A stretch of 52,224 nt of DNA, taken from the IMG/VR virus record IMGVR_UViG_3300025674_000061, positions 1 through 52,224 of that record; one strand, 5' to 3'. Source of the DNA: a virus (Duplodnaviria > Caudoviricetes). This document shows, one piece after another, positions 35,201 through 44,976 of this stretch (positions are counted from its first letter, which is position 1; each line of letters starts with the position of its first letter). The translations under genes and the position numbers were made by a program. The notes beneath the pieces are model-generated. The model was given only the letters and a program-made list of their open reading frames with translations, ran no database searches and had not been told where the DNA came from.

Positions 35201-35635
35201 ATGAATAGATTATTAGAAGCAATCGGTCTCGGATTGGTTCTTGGTGCCTTACATGGGGCTGCTCAGGCAGTCCCCGTGGTCCCTAACTTCACACAAGGCT
35301 CCATGACCAGTCACACTGAGACGACACAAAAAATTACAGAGACCATTAATTCAATGGACTATAACACAGGGTATCAATACTCTGTGACAGGGAGTGGAAT
35401 TACAGCATCAGGTTCACTGCAACCAGGAACAGGTGCTAACAATGTAACTATAGACGGTGTGACATCATCATGGACAGGTATCAACAGCAGACCAAACTTC
35501 ACACAGACGACACCAGGAGCAGCGTTTCAGTTCACAGAAACCTACTCAGGTCCTGGTTTAAGCAACCACACAATTATTCAAAGGACCACAGAGGTCACAA
35601 GTATCACAGATACTACAAGTATCTTCTCGCAATAA
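35201..35635 (+). CDS. Conserved cyanophage protein with a signal peptide
   Basis: AQA-VPVVPNFTQG. Confidence 0.75.
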   Translation: MNRLLEAIGLGLVLGALHGAAQAVPVVPNFTQGSMTSHTETTQKITETINSMDYNTGYQYSVTGSGITASGSLQPGTGANNVTIDGVTSSWTGINSRPNFTQTTPGAAFQFTETYSGPGLSNHTIIQRTTEVTSITDTTSIFSQ

Positions 35636-36357
35636 TCCTCAGTGGATTCCTTCCTACAAAAGCACTGGCTGAAGTTGGCGGTGTTTCTGCTACTGCGGCT
35701 CCTGTCGCCAATAGTTCTGGCAGTGTTACTAACCAGGCCATCCAAGTTCTCCAAGGACCCTACATTACCAACACATATGGAAACGGAATCCAGTGTCAAG
35801 GTCCTACTAGAAACTTTACCCCATATGTAACTGGTAGTGCATCCGCTACCAGACCATATGAACCATATTATTATGATCCTGTCTATGACATGAGGGACAT
35901 AGATGAGGACGGCGCACCAGATAATCCTGGCTCTGTTTTATATCGTGTTCCCATAAGAACTGGACAGAAAGATAACTACAACCTAGGTGTTGGTTTCTCA
36001 ATCACATGGTCTGAACCATTAGATAAGAAACTACAACAACAATGTAAGGAAGCAGCACAAGCTAACATTGATCTGATGAATCAAACAACTGCTAACAAGA
36101 GATTAGATTTTGAGATCGCTAGATTAAAAAATTGTGGCGAATTGATGAAGCAAGGTATTCAATTCCACCCTCGCTCACCTTATTATAAAGTGTGTGCTGA
36201 TGTGGTTGTGAATAATCCTCCAGGACATACTCACCCACACTATCACACTATCCCTTCCGTTTCTTCTTCCTCGGGAACACAGAACGCAACTCCCGAACAG
36301 CGTGGTTCATCTGACGCTGCTCTGCTCGGCGCTCCCCTGACGACAGGACGGGAATAG
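35470..36357 (+). CDS. Conserved cyanophage protein (true start uncertain, probably near 35600-35640)
   Basis: ANSSGSVTNQAIQVLQGPY; RLDFEIARLKNCG. Confidence 0.7.
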   Translation: MDRYQQQTKLHTDDTRSSVSVHRNLLRSWFKQPHNYSKDHRGHKYHRYYKYLLAIILSGFLPTKALAEVGGVSATAAPVANSSGSVTNQAIQVLQGPYITNTYGNGIQCQGPTRNFTPYVTGSASATRPYEPYYYDPVYDMRDIDEDGAPDNPGSVLYRVPIRTGQKDNYNLGVGFSITWSEPLDKKLQQQCKEAAQANIDLMNQTTANKRLDFEIARLKNCGELMKQGIQFHPRSPYYKVCADVVVNNPPGHTHPHYHTIPSVSSSSGTQNATPEQRGSSDAALLGAPLTTGRE

Positions 36358-37045
36358 GTTTCTTCCTGATCGTAGCAATCTTCTTCATCACTTTCTTAAT
36401 CGTTGGTTTGACTGCTTTCAAAAGTATGTCTGCCAACGGTTTTGCTAGCAGTGCTGATGCAGTAGCAATCACAGCAACACCACCCACCTGAACAACCTGG
36501 CCACCACTAGGCAGTCCTGCTACTATCTGTTGAGGTAGTGGGACTGCTTCTGTTATCTGGACACACTCGTTGCCTATTAGTTTATATTCAACAACCTTCT
36601 TTCTAAATCCCTCCACCATTGTTCCTACAGGTTCCTTTGCTTCTTGTGCTGCTGTAGGACAATCTACCTTCGCAGTAGCAGGAGGAATTTTAGGTGTCGC
36701 TGGTAACTTGGGAGCTACGGGAGTTTTAGGTTGCCGTGTATCTACTCCCGAAGGTTTAGTAGGGATTATCTGTTCAGGTTCAAAGTTAATGGGATTGTAA
36801 CTGGGAACACCACTATCACAATAAGTGACCAATCCTCGCGAGTCATCTTGACCTAAGGTTTTAGATTTGCTGTTACTTTCGTGAGCTTCGACACAACCAG
36901 GCACGTCAACGATAGGCACACCAATATTTACCACTACAGGTGGTGCTAGTGGAGTTGATGTGTAATATTCGTCAGCAGTTATAACTCTCGGAATATCAAT
37001 ATCTCGGATATTGATATTGGGAGAAGTTATATTAGGAATCTCCAT
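36248..37045 (-). CDS. Conserved cyanophage membrane-associated protein
   Basis: ORF track; Pro-rich middle, TM segment, basic tail. Confidence 0.75.
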   Translation of the reverse strand: MEIPNITSPNINIRDIDIPRVITADEYYTSTPLAPPVVVNIGVPIVDVPGCVEAHESNSKSKTLGQDDSRGLVTYCDSGVPSYNPINFEPEQIIPTKPSGVDTRQPKTPVAPKLPATPKIPPATAKVDCPTAAQEAKEPVGTMVEGFRKKVVEYKLIGNECVQITEAVPLPQQIVAGLPSGGQVVQVGGVAVIATASALLAKPLADILLKAVKPTIKKVMKKIATIRKKPIPVLSSGERRAEQRQMNHAVRELRSVFPRKKKRKG

Positions 37046-37164
37046 CAATCATCATCAGTAAACAAATTCAAAATACCAGTCCAAATAGAATGAAAAAAGA
37101 CGTAAAGAAAGAAGGTTTCTGTTGCTTCTTTATTTGCTCTTTTCTTATAAGTCGATTGTGCCAT
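37045..37164 (-). CDS. 39-aa peptide (MAQSTYKKRANKEATETFFLYVFFHSIW...)
   Basis: Manual translation; TGATG coupling to the next gene. Confidence 0.6.
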   Translation of the reverse strand: MAQSTYKKRANKEATETFFLYVFFHSIWTGILNLFTDDD

Positions 37165-37189
37165 AAGTATAATAAAAAATTTTAATTAT

Positions 37190-37438
37190 TTAAGGAAGTT
37201 GAATTCCCCCAGGAACGGAAGGAACATCTCCACCAGTTGTACCTGGCATCTTAGGCATAGCAGATTCCAGCATCCCTGGGAGGGCACCAGCGACTGCTTC
37301 TGTTGCTGCCTTGGTAGCAGCAGTCTTTGCCTGATCGATCAGTGCATCTTTATTCAGAAGCACATAACCAGCGCCACCGATGAGGGCAGCAGATGTAAGA
37401 CCAGAGAGAAGAGCAATAGCGTTGATTAATTTTTGCAT
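37190..37438 (-). CDS. Hypothetical membrane-anchored protein
   Basis: MQKLINAIALLS...; ORF track. Confidence 0.75.
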   Translation of the reverse strand: MQKLINAIALLSGLTSAALIGGAGYVLLNKDALIDQAKTAATKAATEAVAGALPGMLESAMPKMPGTTGGDVPSVPGGIQLP

Positions 37439-37439
37439 T

Positions 37440-37598
37440 TTATTTCTCGTTGAATGTTTTTTCTAAATCTTTCAACTCAGAATAATATTCACAAGGATAC
37501 TCCATGGTGATTGGATCATTATCCATCATTATATCGGTTCTACACATCCCATTACCAAGTTCCATGTGTCCAATAATAAACAGTGTCATTAGTAACAT
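37440..37598 (-). CDS. 52-aa hypothetical protein
   Basis: Manual translation MLLMTLFIIGHMELGNGMCRTD...; fills the gap. Confidence 0.6.
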   Translation of the reverse strand: MLLMTLFIIGHMELGNGMCRTDIMMDNDPITMEYPCEYYSELKDLEKTFNEK

Positions 37599-37602
37599 TG
37601 TT

Positions 37603-38064
37603 CTATACCGTTGGCATTACAGGTGGCTCACCGTCCTTCTTAGGTGCGGTGGCAATTTGAATAGGTGCTTGTTCAATACGAATCGTTTGAGCAGGTGCTG
37701 TCTGTGCTGCTGCGGCAATCAGTTTCTCTAGATCTGCCTTAGAGACACCGCCGCCACCACCCATCTTCATCGTTCCATCACCAGACTTCTTCGCAGTCTG
37801 AACTCCAAAGGTAGCTAAGACCCCAGTGAAGACGGATGCGATGAAAGTAGGATCAAGTTTCTGCTCGGGAATACCAAGAGCAGGAGGTAGTTTGATGTAG
37901 GCAAGCGTAAGAATACCACCAGACCAGATAAGAATACCAAGTCTAACCATTGTGCTGATCGCTTCTAACTGACCTTCATGATCAGCAGCAGCATCCTTTA
38001 GTTTAGCAAACGGACCTTTCTTTTTCTCTTCCTCTTTCAGAGGTTCTTTTACTTCTTCGGGCAT
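37603..38064 (-). CDS. Two-TM conserved cyanophage membrane protein
   Basis: VRLGILIWSGGILTL; DPTFIASVFTGVLATFGV; late promoter at 38088-38095. Confidence 0.8.
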   Translation of the reverse strand: MPEEVKEPLKEEEKKKGPFAKLKDAAADHEGQLEAISTMVRLGILIWSGGILTLAYIKLPPALGIPEQKLDPTFIASVFTGVLATFGVQTAKKSGDGTMKMGGGGGVSKADLEKLIAAAAQTAPAQTIRIEQAPIQIATAPKKDGEPPVMPTV

Positions 38065-38086
38065 GATGAGCCATAATTAGGCTCTT

Positions 38087-38332
38087 CTATTTATTATAGA
38101 CGCCTCTTGGATATAGAAGACCTTTCTGTGGTCTCTTGGTTGGTATTGCACTACGTGGATCATCAACCTCTAAAGATCGGAATCCAATATCAATGTTACC
38201 AACATTAAGTGTTTGGTTAGTAGTTTTTACCTGATAAGAATATGGTATTTGATTATCATCTTGGAAATAAATTGTACTAGCTACTCCAGCCCTTGCTGTT
38301 TGTAGATCTGGAAAAGTATAGTCAGCAGCCAT
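38087..38332 (-). CDS. Small virion-associated hypothetical protein
   Basis: RP.KG.LYPRG C-terminus; coupled to the upstream gene. Confidence 0.7.
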   Translation of the reverse strand: MAADYTFPDLQTARAGVASTIYFQDDNQIPYSYQVKTTNQTLNVGNIDIGFRSLEVDDPRSAIPTKRPQKGLLYPRGVYNK

Positions 38333-40305
38333 CAGACCTTCCTCGCACAGAATAGAATTCCTCTAGTGATATTATCAGATGTCATGTTGTAAGAACCCGA
38401 GATCACTGTGTAAACTTCAGAGGGACTTAGAGTAATGGTATCGCCCTGTTGGATATTAGCATTAACTGCATTATAGTTGAAGTTAATGAATACAAAATCA
38501 TCAGGAATATAATATGGGACAGGCATCATCTTTACAGATAATGGAATTCCTTTAATAACTGCGTTGAAATCAGCATCAGCCGATAGTGAATAAGACTTAT
38601 CTGCTTGGTTGTTATACCAATATCCTCCACTCTTATATGGATAGTTGGTTCTACTTCTATGGTAGAATGCAACATCACTAGAAGTATATGTTTCGTCCAA
38701 TGTAGAACATTGATACTTGGTATCAAAATATCTCATATTATCTGTATAATTTAAATTACCATTCACAGTTTGATTGTATCCAAATTCAGCAGTTCCAACC
38801 GCTGGGGTGGAGTTGTAAGCTTGTCTCTGAGTACCCGCAGTAAAAGTTCTAAATGTAATGTATGGTAAACTTGAACTTGTATTGGTTTCTGTAAAAATCT
38901 GAGTATGTCCACCAAGGAAAACATAATCTAGATCCCAAATATCAGTTACAAATTTATGAGTAAACCATGTGCCATAAGTATTGCCATTAATATTTGTAGC
39001 AGATAAAGTTGGTGCTCTGAATGAGAACACTGCAAAGTTGGGGTCTAGTGAAGATCTGAAAACATTCAAATCTAATTGATACTGAGTATTGTTTCCAGTA
39101 GTAATTGCTCCACTTGATGCAGATGTGTTATTAACAGATGAAGCAAAGTCGATAATACCAGGATACGTTGTTTCACTCCCAAAATTCATATCAGTATCGG
39201 GGATGGGATAAGACTGGTTTACGTTAAATGGGCCATTACCCGCTACATCCAGATAAGGGATACCAGCATATCTATGTCCATATCCATGACCGTGATATAC
39301 ATCCTTATTATTTCCTGCATCAGAATAATCATGAGGGAAATAGTAAGGAGCTGCTGCATACAAGACACGACTAGTTTCGTTAGGCATGATATAACCTTGG
39401 TAGGTAACTCCCTTCTTCTTGCCAGATTGAATTACATTTCTAACAACACCCCAAGGATAAGTTCCCTGATAACCACCAAAATCGTGTTTGTCATAGAACC
39501 CCGTAGTAAGTCCAACTGTAGGATATGTTATGTCTCCAGCTGAGGCTTCCTGTACAACCAGTCTTGCATAGTCAGCGTAGTCGCCATCATCAACAACTCT
39601 ATACTCACCAGCTTGACCCACTAATGGAGTCCAGATCATAGTCTCCCCATTATCCGCGCCCTGATTAGTTACATTGGCGACTTTATTAGTGTTATTAGAG
39701 GTAGTGTCATAGGTGTTATTGATTATCTGAAGATCATACGCACTACTTCCCATCTCATTAAAGAATGTAATCGTGTCGCCTTCTTTAATGGTAATGGTTG
39801 GTTCAGAAGTTCCATCACTATTAACAGCACCATTTCTATCTTGACCAGCCCAAGCTCTATAATTGCCGTTAATAGTTACTGTAATTGCATACCCAACTCC
39901 ATTGGCAATTGTAGAGTGTACATATGGTTTGAGAACCAGATTAGTTGCACCATTTAACTGACCACCAATATCATTAGCGGAGATAGTTATAGTTTCTCTT
40001 CCAGTGTATCCGATTCCAGGACTATTAACTACGACCCATACATTACTATTATATCTCGATACTTGGAACATTGCTCCAGTTCCCAGTCCGCTCGATACAC
40101 CTTCTACCTCATAAGTACGAGAGATATTATTATTGGGATTTCCACCACCAGCAAAAGTAGTTATACCTACGATATGTCCGCCAGCATCCTGGGAATGCCA
40201 ACCCAACCAAGTATGTGCATCTTCAATCAGATCAATGACATCATTTCCGTTCCAGGTTGCAACGTCTAGTATATTTGTTTTAAAGACTGCTGTTGTAATT
40301 GCCAT
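38332..40305 (-). CDS. Virion structural protein (tail-associated)
   Basis: Asn/Thr/Gly rich; C-terminal P.PYYIPDDFV...GDTITLSPSEVYTVI...FCARKV. Confidence 0.75.
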   Translation of the reverse strand: MAITTAVFKTNILDVATWNGNDVIDLIEDAHTWLGWHSQDAGGHIVGITTFAGGGNPNNNISRTYEVEGVSSGLGTGAMFQVSRYNSNVWVVVNSPGIGYTGRETITISANDIGGQLNGATNLVLKPYVHSTIANGVGYAITVTINGNYRAWAGQDRNGAVNSDGTSEPTITIKEGDTITFFNEMGSSAYDLQIINNTYDTTSNNTNKVANVTNQGADNGETMIWTPLVGQAGEYRVVDDGDYADYARLVVQEASAGDITYPTVGLTTGFYDKHDFGGYQGTYPWGVVRNVIQSGKKKGVTYQGYIMPNETSRVLYAAAPYYFPHDYSDAGNNKDVYHGHGYGHRYAGIPYLDVAGNGPFNVNQSYPIPDTDMNFGSETTYPGIIDFASSVNNTSASSGAITTGNNTQYQLDLNVFRSSLDPNFAVFSFRAPTLSATNINGNTYGTWFTHKFVTDIWDLDYVFLGGHTQIFTETNTSSSLPYITFRTFTAGTQRQAYNSTPAVGTAEFGYNQTVNGNLNYTDNMRYFDTKYQCSTLDETYTSSDVAFYHRSRTNYPYKSGGYWYNNQADKSYSLSADADFNAVIKGIPLSVKMMPVPYYIPDDFVFINFNYNAVNANIQQGDTITLSPSEVYTVISGSYNMTSDNITRGILFCARKV

Positions 40306-40312
40306 TGTATCC

Positions 40313-43300
40313 TTATGCCTCCAGTTGAAGAATTGTTAGATAAGCGGTTACCGACTGGGTAGAACCTGAAAGATTTTGAATTGATGCGTAGATTGTAGTG
40401 TCTGGAGGTTCGTTTAAGTTACCACCCAGTACGAATGGACTCATGATTTGGGATGTAGATAATCCAGTCGTTACTACCTCGGCAATAACTCCACTGCCTG
40501 GCAGTGGATCTTCACCAACACTTCTAGATGCATCCGCAGTTCTAGATGCACTATCAGTATATAGTCTCAACCAAGCCGATGTGGACAATCCGACCTTCAT
40601 CAGCGAGTATGCTTTAAATCCAATAATGTCAGTATTACCAATAGCGGTGTTAGCAATGACCGTTGTCACTCCTACCTTCACCAGTCTCTGTCTCAGGGAT
40701 CCACCAGATGCAGAGACCGTCGCAATGCCAGACGCGGCATCATAATCAACGTCAATACCAGTACCGAAGTCAAGAGTCTTCGCAGTTCCAGCGTTGACCC
40801 CATCATCCTCAACGACCACACCCTCACCAGATGCGTTAACGTTGAGTAGATTGGAACCATCAATTGCGGGTAGAGCACCCGTTAATTGACCCGCAGGAAG
40901 ACCTGTAAGACCCGCCGCAGATCCAGCGAAGGATGTTGCGGTAACGACTCCAGTGACCTCTGCACCACCCTCAGAGAGGGTTACGGCAGTACCTACATAT
41001 GCTCTCTGACCAAGAGTACTTTCACCATCTACCTGAAGGTTTCTGTAGATTCTTACTAGTCTGTCTGGGTTTCCACCAGCACTATAGATTCTCAGTGCAT
41101 CCTTCTGTAGAGAAGGAATACCTGGGTCAGTTGTCCTAAAGAGAATACTACCAATCTCACCTGGGGAATCTGTGCCCTCAAAGTTAGTAATCTCTAAAGT
41201 CTTGGTAAGTGTTTCGTATGCAATCCTAGACTTGTCAGAGAGGAAGTTAATCGTAGATGCAACAGAAATACGATCACCAAACTCAGATGTTCCTTCTACA
41301 GTTAGGTTACTGTATAGGTGAACGTTTGCAGTAGTGTTGATTCCAACTCCACCATTACTCCAGTAGTTTGGAGCACCCGTGATAGAAGCGATACCACCAG
41401 CAAGAGAAGCAGTGATATTTTCACCGAAGTTCATCGTGGCAGCAACACCCAATACGGTATTGTTCTCTCTGATTTCTACACCAGATCCAACTGCCGTAAC
41501 GCCAGTCAAAAGAGAACCATCAATTGCAGGTAGTTGACCAGTGAGGTTTGCTGCGTCAAAAGATCCATGGAAACCAGTTGCAGAAACAATACCAGCAACG
41601 TTCAGTGCCTCATGCAATACAGTAGTATTGATACCACACTTACCAGTACTATCGAAGTACTGTCTTACAGTCCCAGAACCATCGGAAAGAACGATGTTGT
41701 AATCGCTCGTTCTAATATCAATATCATAGTTGTTACCAAGAAAAGATCCAATGACGACATTGTAGTCTCCAGTTGTTATGTTTTGTCCCGCTCTATCACC
41801 TAGACCGATGTTGTATCCACCAGTGGTGACTTGGTAAAGAGCATACTCTCCATACCCTAGGTTATGTCCAGGGGATCCAGATTGAACAGAAGCAAGAGTA
41901 TTGTCACCAATACCAATGTTTCTTTGAGATCCAGTCCCAAGAGAGTTGTTTCCTATTTTTATATTTGCAGTTCCAGGTATCTGAATATGACCACCTGTCA
42001 GTGTAGAGACACCAGAGACACTAAAGTAAGTAGATTTTAAAACACCCTCAATACTTGTCTGCCCCTTGACCTGAAGTTGCAGTTCTCCAGGAGCAAGAGT
42101 AGTACCAATACCAACAGAAGCAGTGGTTCCAATACCAAGAACACCAGATGTCCAGGCACCGTCTCCCGACCCTGAGGAGGAGATGGTAGCGATACCACCT
42201 GTGACTTCAATGAGGGTGTTTGCACCTGCTTGTAGGGACGTTATGACACCTGTCAGTCTTGAACCATCGCCAAGATAAGATCCGAATACGGTGACACCTA
42301 TACCAATAGTCTCAAACTTCTTCGTTACGCCATCATATAGTTCTACAGATCCACCAGGGATGAATCTTGCAACAGCATTATTACTATTATCTCTGATACT
42401 GACTGGGTTACCAGACTGAGTTACAAACTCCGATCCATTGTAGAACTGATTGACTTCCTGACCAAATCCATACTTGACCTTGATATTATTATCAAGAAGA
42501 ATACTACCAACAGACGTAGGACTAATGGTGATATTACCATAAACAGTCAATGCTTCTGTGGCAGTGGTTGTACCAATACCAACAGAAGATACGGTGTTAA
42601 TTCCAGTAGTATTCTTGGACCAGTATCCTGTTCCGAGACCCGCTACAATGTTGGTCAGTGCGATAGAAACGTTAGTAATAGAAGAGATCTTACCATTACC
42701 ATCAACTACAATCTGAGGGACTGTAGAATCATTACCATATGTTCCAGGACTTGCACCAGTAAGATTCGTAAGAGCACCACCATTGCCAAAGAATTGTGTG
42801 GCAGTAACAACTCCACTCAGATTGAGACTTGCATTGCCATCTAGTGAGTCCGCAATGTCCGCTCTATTTGCTCTTGGTGCAACAACCTGTTGAGAGTAGG
42901 AAAGGATAGACCAACTATCACCATCAATACCTACAATCCAGTCACCAGAGTAGACACTAGAAATCCCAGGGTTAGTGTACGTTGCAATACCAACGTCAGC
43001 ACCACCCTTAGATACGATGAAGTAATCACCAGTATTAATACCGACGCTAGGAAGTGTCAGACCGATTCCAAGTCCTGGTCTTCCTTGACCTACAATAGTC
43101 AGACCAGTTACTACACCCGCAACGGCATCATAGAAACCTACAATGTTTAGGTTGGTTCCCAATGAATTGATTTGCGCTTGCAGAACTCCTACATCAACAG
43201 AGGTAGAAATTCCAGTCAGTTGAGATCCATCACCCCTGAAGGAGGTTGCAGTAACAATACCACCAACAACAGTGATACCATTGGCATCAACAGTTTTCGT

Positions 43301-43597
43301 CAAGAACCCAGTATCATTTGTGAACTGGGAGAGTGCTGTTGGAGTATTAGTTAGATTTAGATAGTTTCTATAATAAGATGGTAACTGATTATCAAAGTAT
43401 ACTGCATTGGTAGCAATACCTGATATGTCAGAATACCTTGCGGTATCGAGTCCTGTAATGGGGGTTAAGCCTGTGCCATCACCTAGCGTATTATAAATCT
43501 CGGTAAAGTTTTGGTTTACCTTGATAGCCCCCTGTCTCAGGGTATCTCCCGTACCGTCGTTACTGGCAGCTCCAGTATTGATTAACTGAATAGGCAT
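40313..43597 (-). CDS. Tail fibre/baseplate-associated virion protein
   Basis: NDGTGDTLRQGAIKVNQNFTEIY N-terminus; F.GDGS.LTG and LPAIDGS repeats; GATAAATA late promoter at 43625-43632. Confidence 0.85.
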   Translation of the reverse strand: MPIQLINTGAASNDGTGDTLRQGAIKVNQNFTEIYNTLGDGTGLTPITGLDTARYSDISGIATNAVYFDNQLPSYYRNYLNLTNTPTALSQFTNDTGFLTKTVDANGITVVGGIVTATSFRGDGSQLTGISTSVDVGVLQAQINSLGTNLNIVGFYDAVAGVVTGLTIVGQGRPGLGIGLTLPSVGINTGDYFIVSKGGADVGIATYTNPGISSVYSGDWIVGIDGDSWSILSYSQQVVAPRANRADIADSLDGNASLNLSGVVTATQFFGNGGALTNLTGASPGTYGNDSTVPQIVVDGNGKISSITNVSIALTNIVAGLGTGYWSKNTTGINTVSSVGIGTTTATEALTVYGNITISPTSVGSILLDNNIKVKYGFGQEVNQFYNGSEFVTQSGNPVSIRDNSNNAVARFIPGGSVELYDGVTKKFETIGIGVTVFGSYLGDGSRLTGVITSLQAGANTLIEVTGGIATISSSGSGDGAWTSGVLGIGTTASVGIGTTLAPGELQLQVKGQTSIEGVLKSTYFSVSGVSTLTGGHIQIPGTANIKIGNNSLGTGSQRNIGIGDNTLASVQSGSPGHNLGYGEYALYQVTTGGYNIGLGDRAGQNITTGDYNVVIGSFLGNNYDIDIRTSDYNIVLSDGSGTVRQYFDSTGKCGINTTVLHEALNVAGIVSATGFHGSFDAANLTGQLPAIDGSLLTGVTAVGSGVEIRENNTVLGVAATMNFGENITASLAGGIASITGAPNYWSNGGVGINTTANVHLYSNLTVEGTSEFGDRISVASTINFLSDKSRIAYETLTKTLEITNFEGTDSPGEIGSILFRTTDPGIPSLQKDALRIYSAGGNPDRLVRIYRNLQVDGESTLGQRAYVGTAVTLSEGGAEVTGVVTATSFAGSAAGLTGLPAGQLTGALPAIDGSNLLNVNASGEGVVVEDDGVNAGTAKTLDFGTGIDVDYDAASGIATVSASGGSLRQRLVKVGVTTVIANTAIGNTDIIGFKAYSLMKVGLSTSAWLRLYTDSASRTADASRSVGEDPLPGSGVIAEVVTTGLSTSQIMSPFVLGGNLNEPPDTTIYASIQNLSGSTQSVTAYLTILQLEA

Positions 43598-43630
43598 TAT
43601 CGACAGGGATTAACACATATAAAGTATTTA

Positions 43631-43783
43631 TCACCCTGTCTTTCGGAGGTACTTGAATTTAAGTGCTTGTATCATCCAAGCTTGAGATAAACTCTTGGGT
43701 CCATAGAGAAGTATTTCTACCTCTTTGTCCCCAAGAGTAGGATCACTTAGAGCTAATTTTTTCCACTCTGGAAGTTGAGTCAT
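43631..43783 (-). CDS. 50-aa hypothetical protein (MTQLPEWKKLAL...GPKSLSQAW)
   Basis: Manual translation; TAATG coupling with nrdB. Confidence 0.7.
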   Translation of the reverse strand: MTQLPEWKKLALSDPTLGDKEVEILLYGPKSLSQAWMIQALKFKYLRKTG

Positions 43784-44976
43784 TAGAGTTTGAATCCTGA
43801 GAAAGCATCCTTTGTAAGATCTTGTTTAATTCCACCCACTACATAAGATTCTACTTCAGTCTCTTGTGGTGCAACTTGCAAACCTTTAGAAGAAATCCAA
43901 TGTTCAGTCCAAGGAAGTGGATTGTTCTTTGCTGGAATATCAAAGATAGGTTTCAATCCAATCGCCTTCATGCGACGATTAGCAATCCATTCCACATACT
44001 GAATCAAAAGTTTATCATTAAGACCAATCATACTACCATCTTTGAAAAGGTATTGGGCCCATTCCTTTTCCTCTTCAACAGCCTTTCTGAACATATCAAT
44101 GACGTTCTCTTCTTCCTCTTTAGCAATCTGCAACATGTCAGGATCATCACCATCCTTCCACTTATTCATGATGTTCTGAGTCAGGACTAAGTGTTGGTTT
44201 TCGTCCCTGGCGATAAGAGAAATGATCTTTGCCGATCCTTCCATGAGCTTAAGTTCACCAAAAGCGAACGAGCACGCGAAGGAGACATAGAATCTAATTC
44301 CCTCCAGAATGTTGACGTTTGCGACTGCTCGATAGAGTTTTCGTTTGAGTTCATAGAGTTCGTTTTGTGCATTAGGAACCCCGTCTAGATAATGCTCCCA
44401 CATTGGACCAGACCCAAAGTTCTGTGCGGCATTAATGAATTCATTATAGGATTTCGTGACTGATTCAGCTCTAGAGAGGATCTTCTGATCATCAAGAATG
44501 GTGTCGAAGACTTCAGTAGGATCTGGATATACATTCTTGATGATATATGTATAAGAACGAGAATGTATGAGTTCCATAAATTCCCATGCAGTCATAGCCG
44601 CTTCAAGTTCTGGAAGAGAACAATATGGAATAAAAGCCATTCCAGGACCACGACCCTGAACACTATCCAAAAGAATCTGATACTTTAGGTTAGACGTAAA
44701 GATATGTTTCTGTTCATCCCTCAAAGATTGATAGTCAGCTCTATCTTTTTGTAGAGAGACTTCCTCTGGTCTCCAGAAGTATCCAAGTTGTTGTTGAGTC
44801 AGTTTATCAAAGACAGGATACTTATAAGAATCGTATCTTTGAACTCCTAAAGGAGCACCGAAGAACATCGGTTGCTTCTTTAGGTTTACTTTGTTCTTAT
44901 TGAATACCGTCATTCCCTCAGGGAGATGAGCAATGGTATCTTTCTTTGATTGTTCTTCAGATCTTACAAGATTCAC
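43783..44976 (-). CDS. nrdB: Class I ribonucleotide reductase beta subunit
   Basis: FWRPEE, LDSVQ, EFMELIHSRSY, LEGIRFY, DENQH, VAPQETE. Confidence 0.98.
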   Translation of the reverse strand: MNLVRSEEQSKKDTIAHLPEGMTVFNKNKVNLKKQPMFFGAPLGVQRYDSYKYPVFDKLTQQQLGYFWRPEEVSLQKDRADYQSLRDEQKHIFTSNLKYQILLDSVQGRGPGMAFIPYCSLPELEAAMTAWEFMELIHSRSYTYIIKNVYPDPTEVFDTILDDQKILSRAESVTKSYNEFINAAQNFGSGPMWEHYLDGVPNAQNELYELKRKLYRAVANVNILEGIRFYVSFACSFAFGELKLMEGSAKIISLIARDENQHLVLTQNIMNKWKDGDDPDMLQIAKEEEENVIDMFRKAVEEEKEWAQYLFKDGSMIGLNDKLLIQYVEWIANRRMKAIGLKPIFDIPAKNNPLPWTEHWISSKGLQVAPQETEVESYVVGGIKQDLTKDAFSGFKL

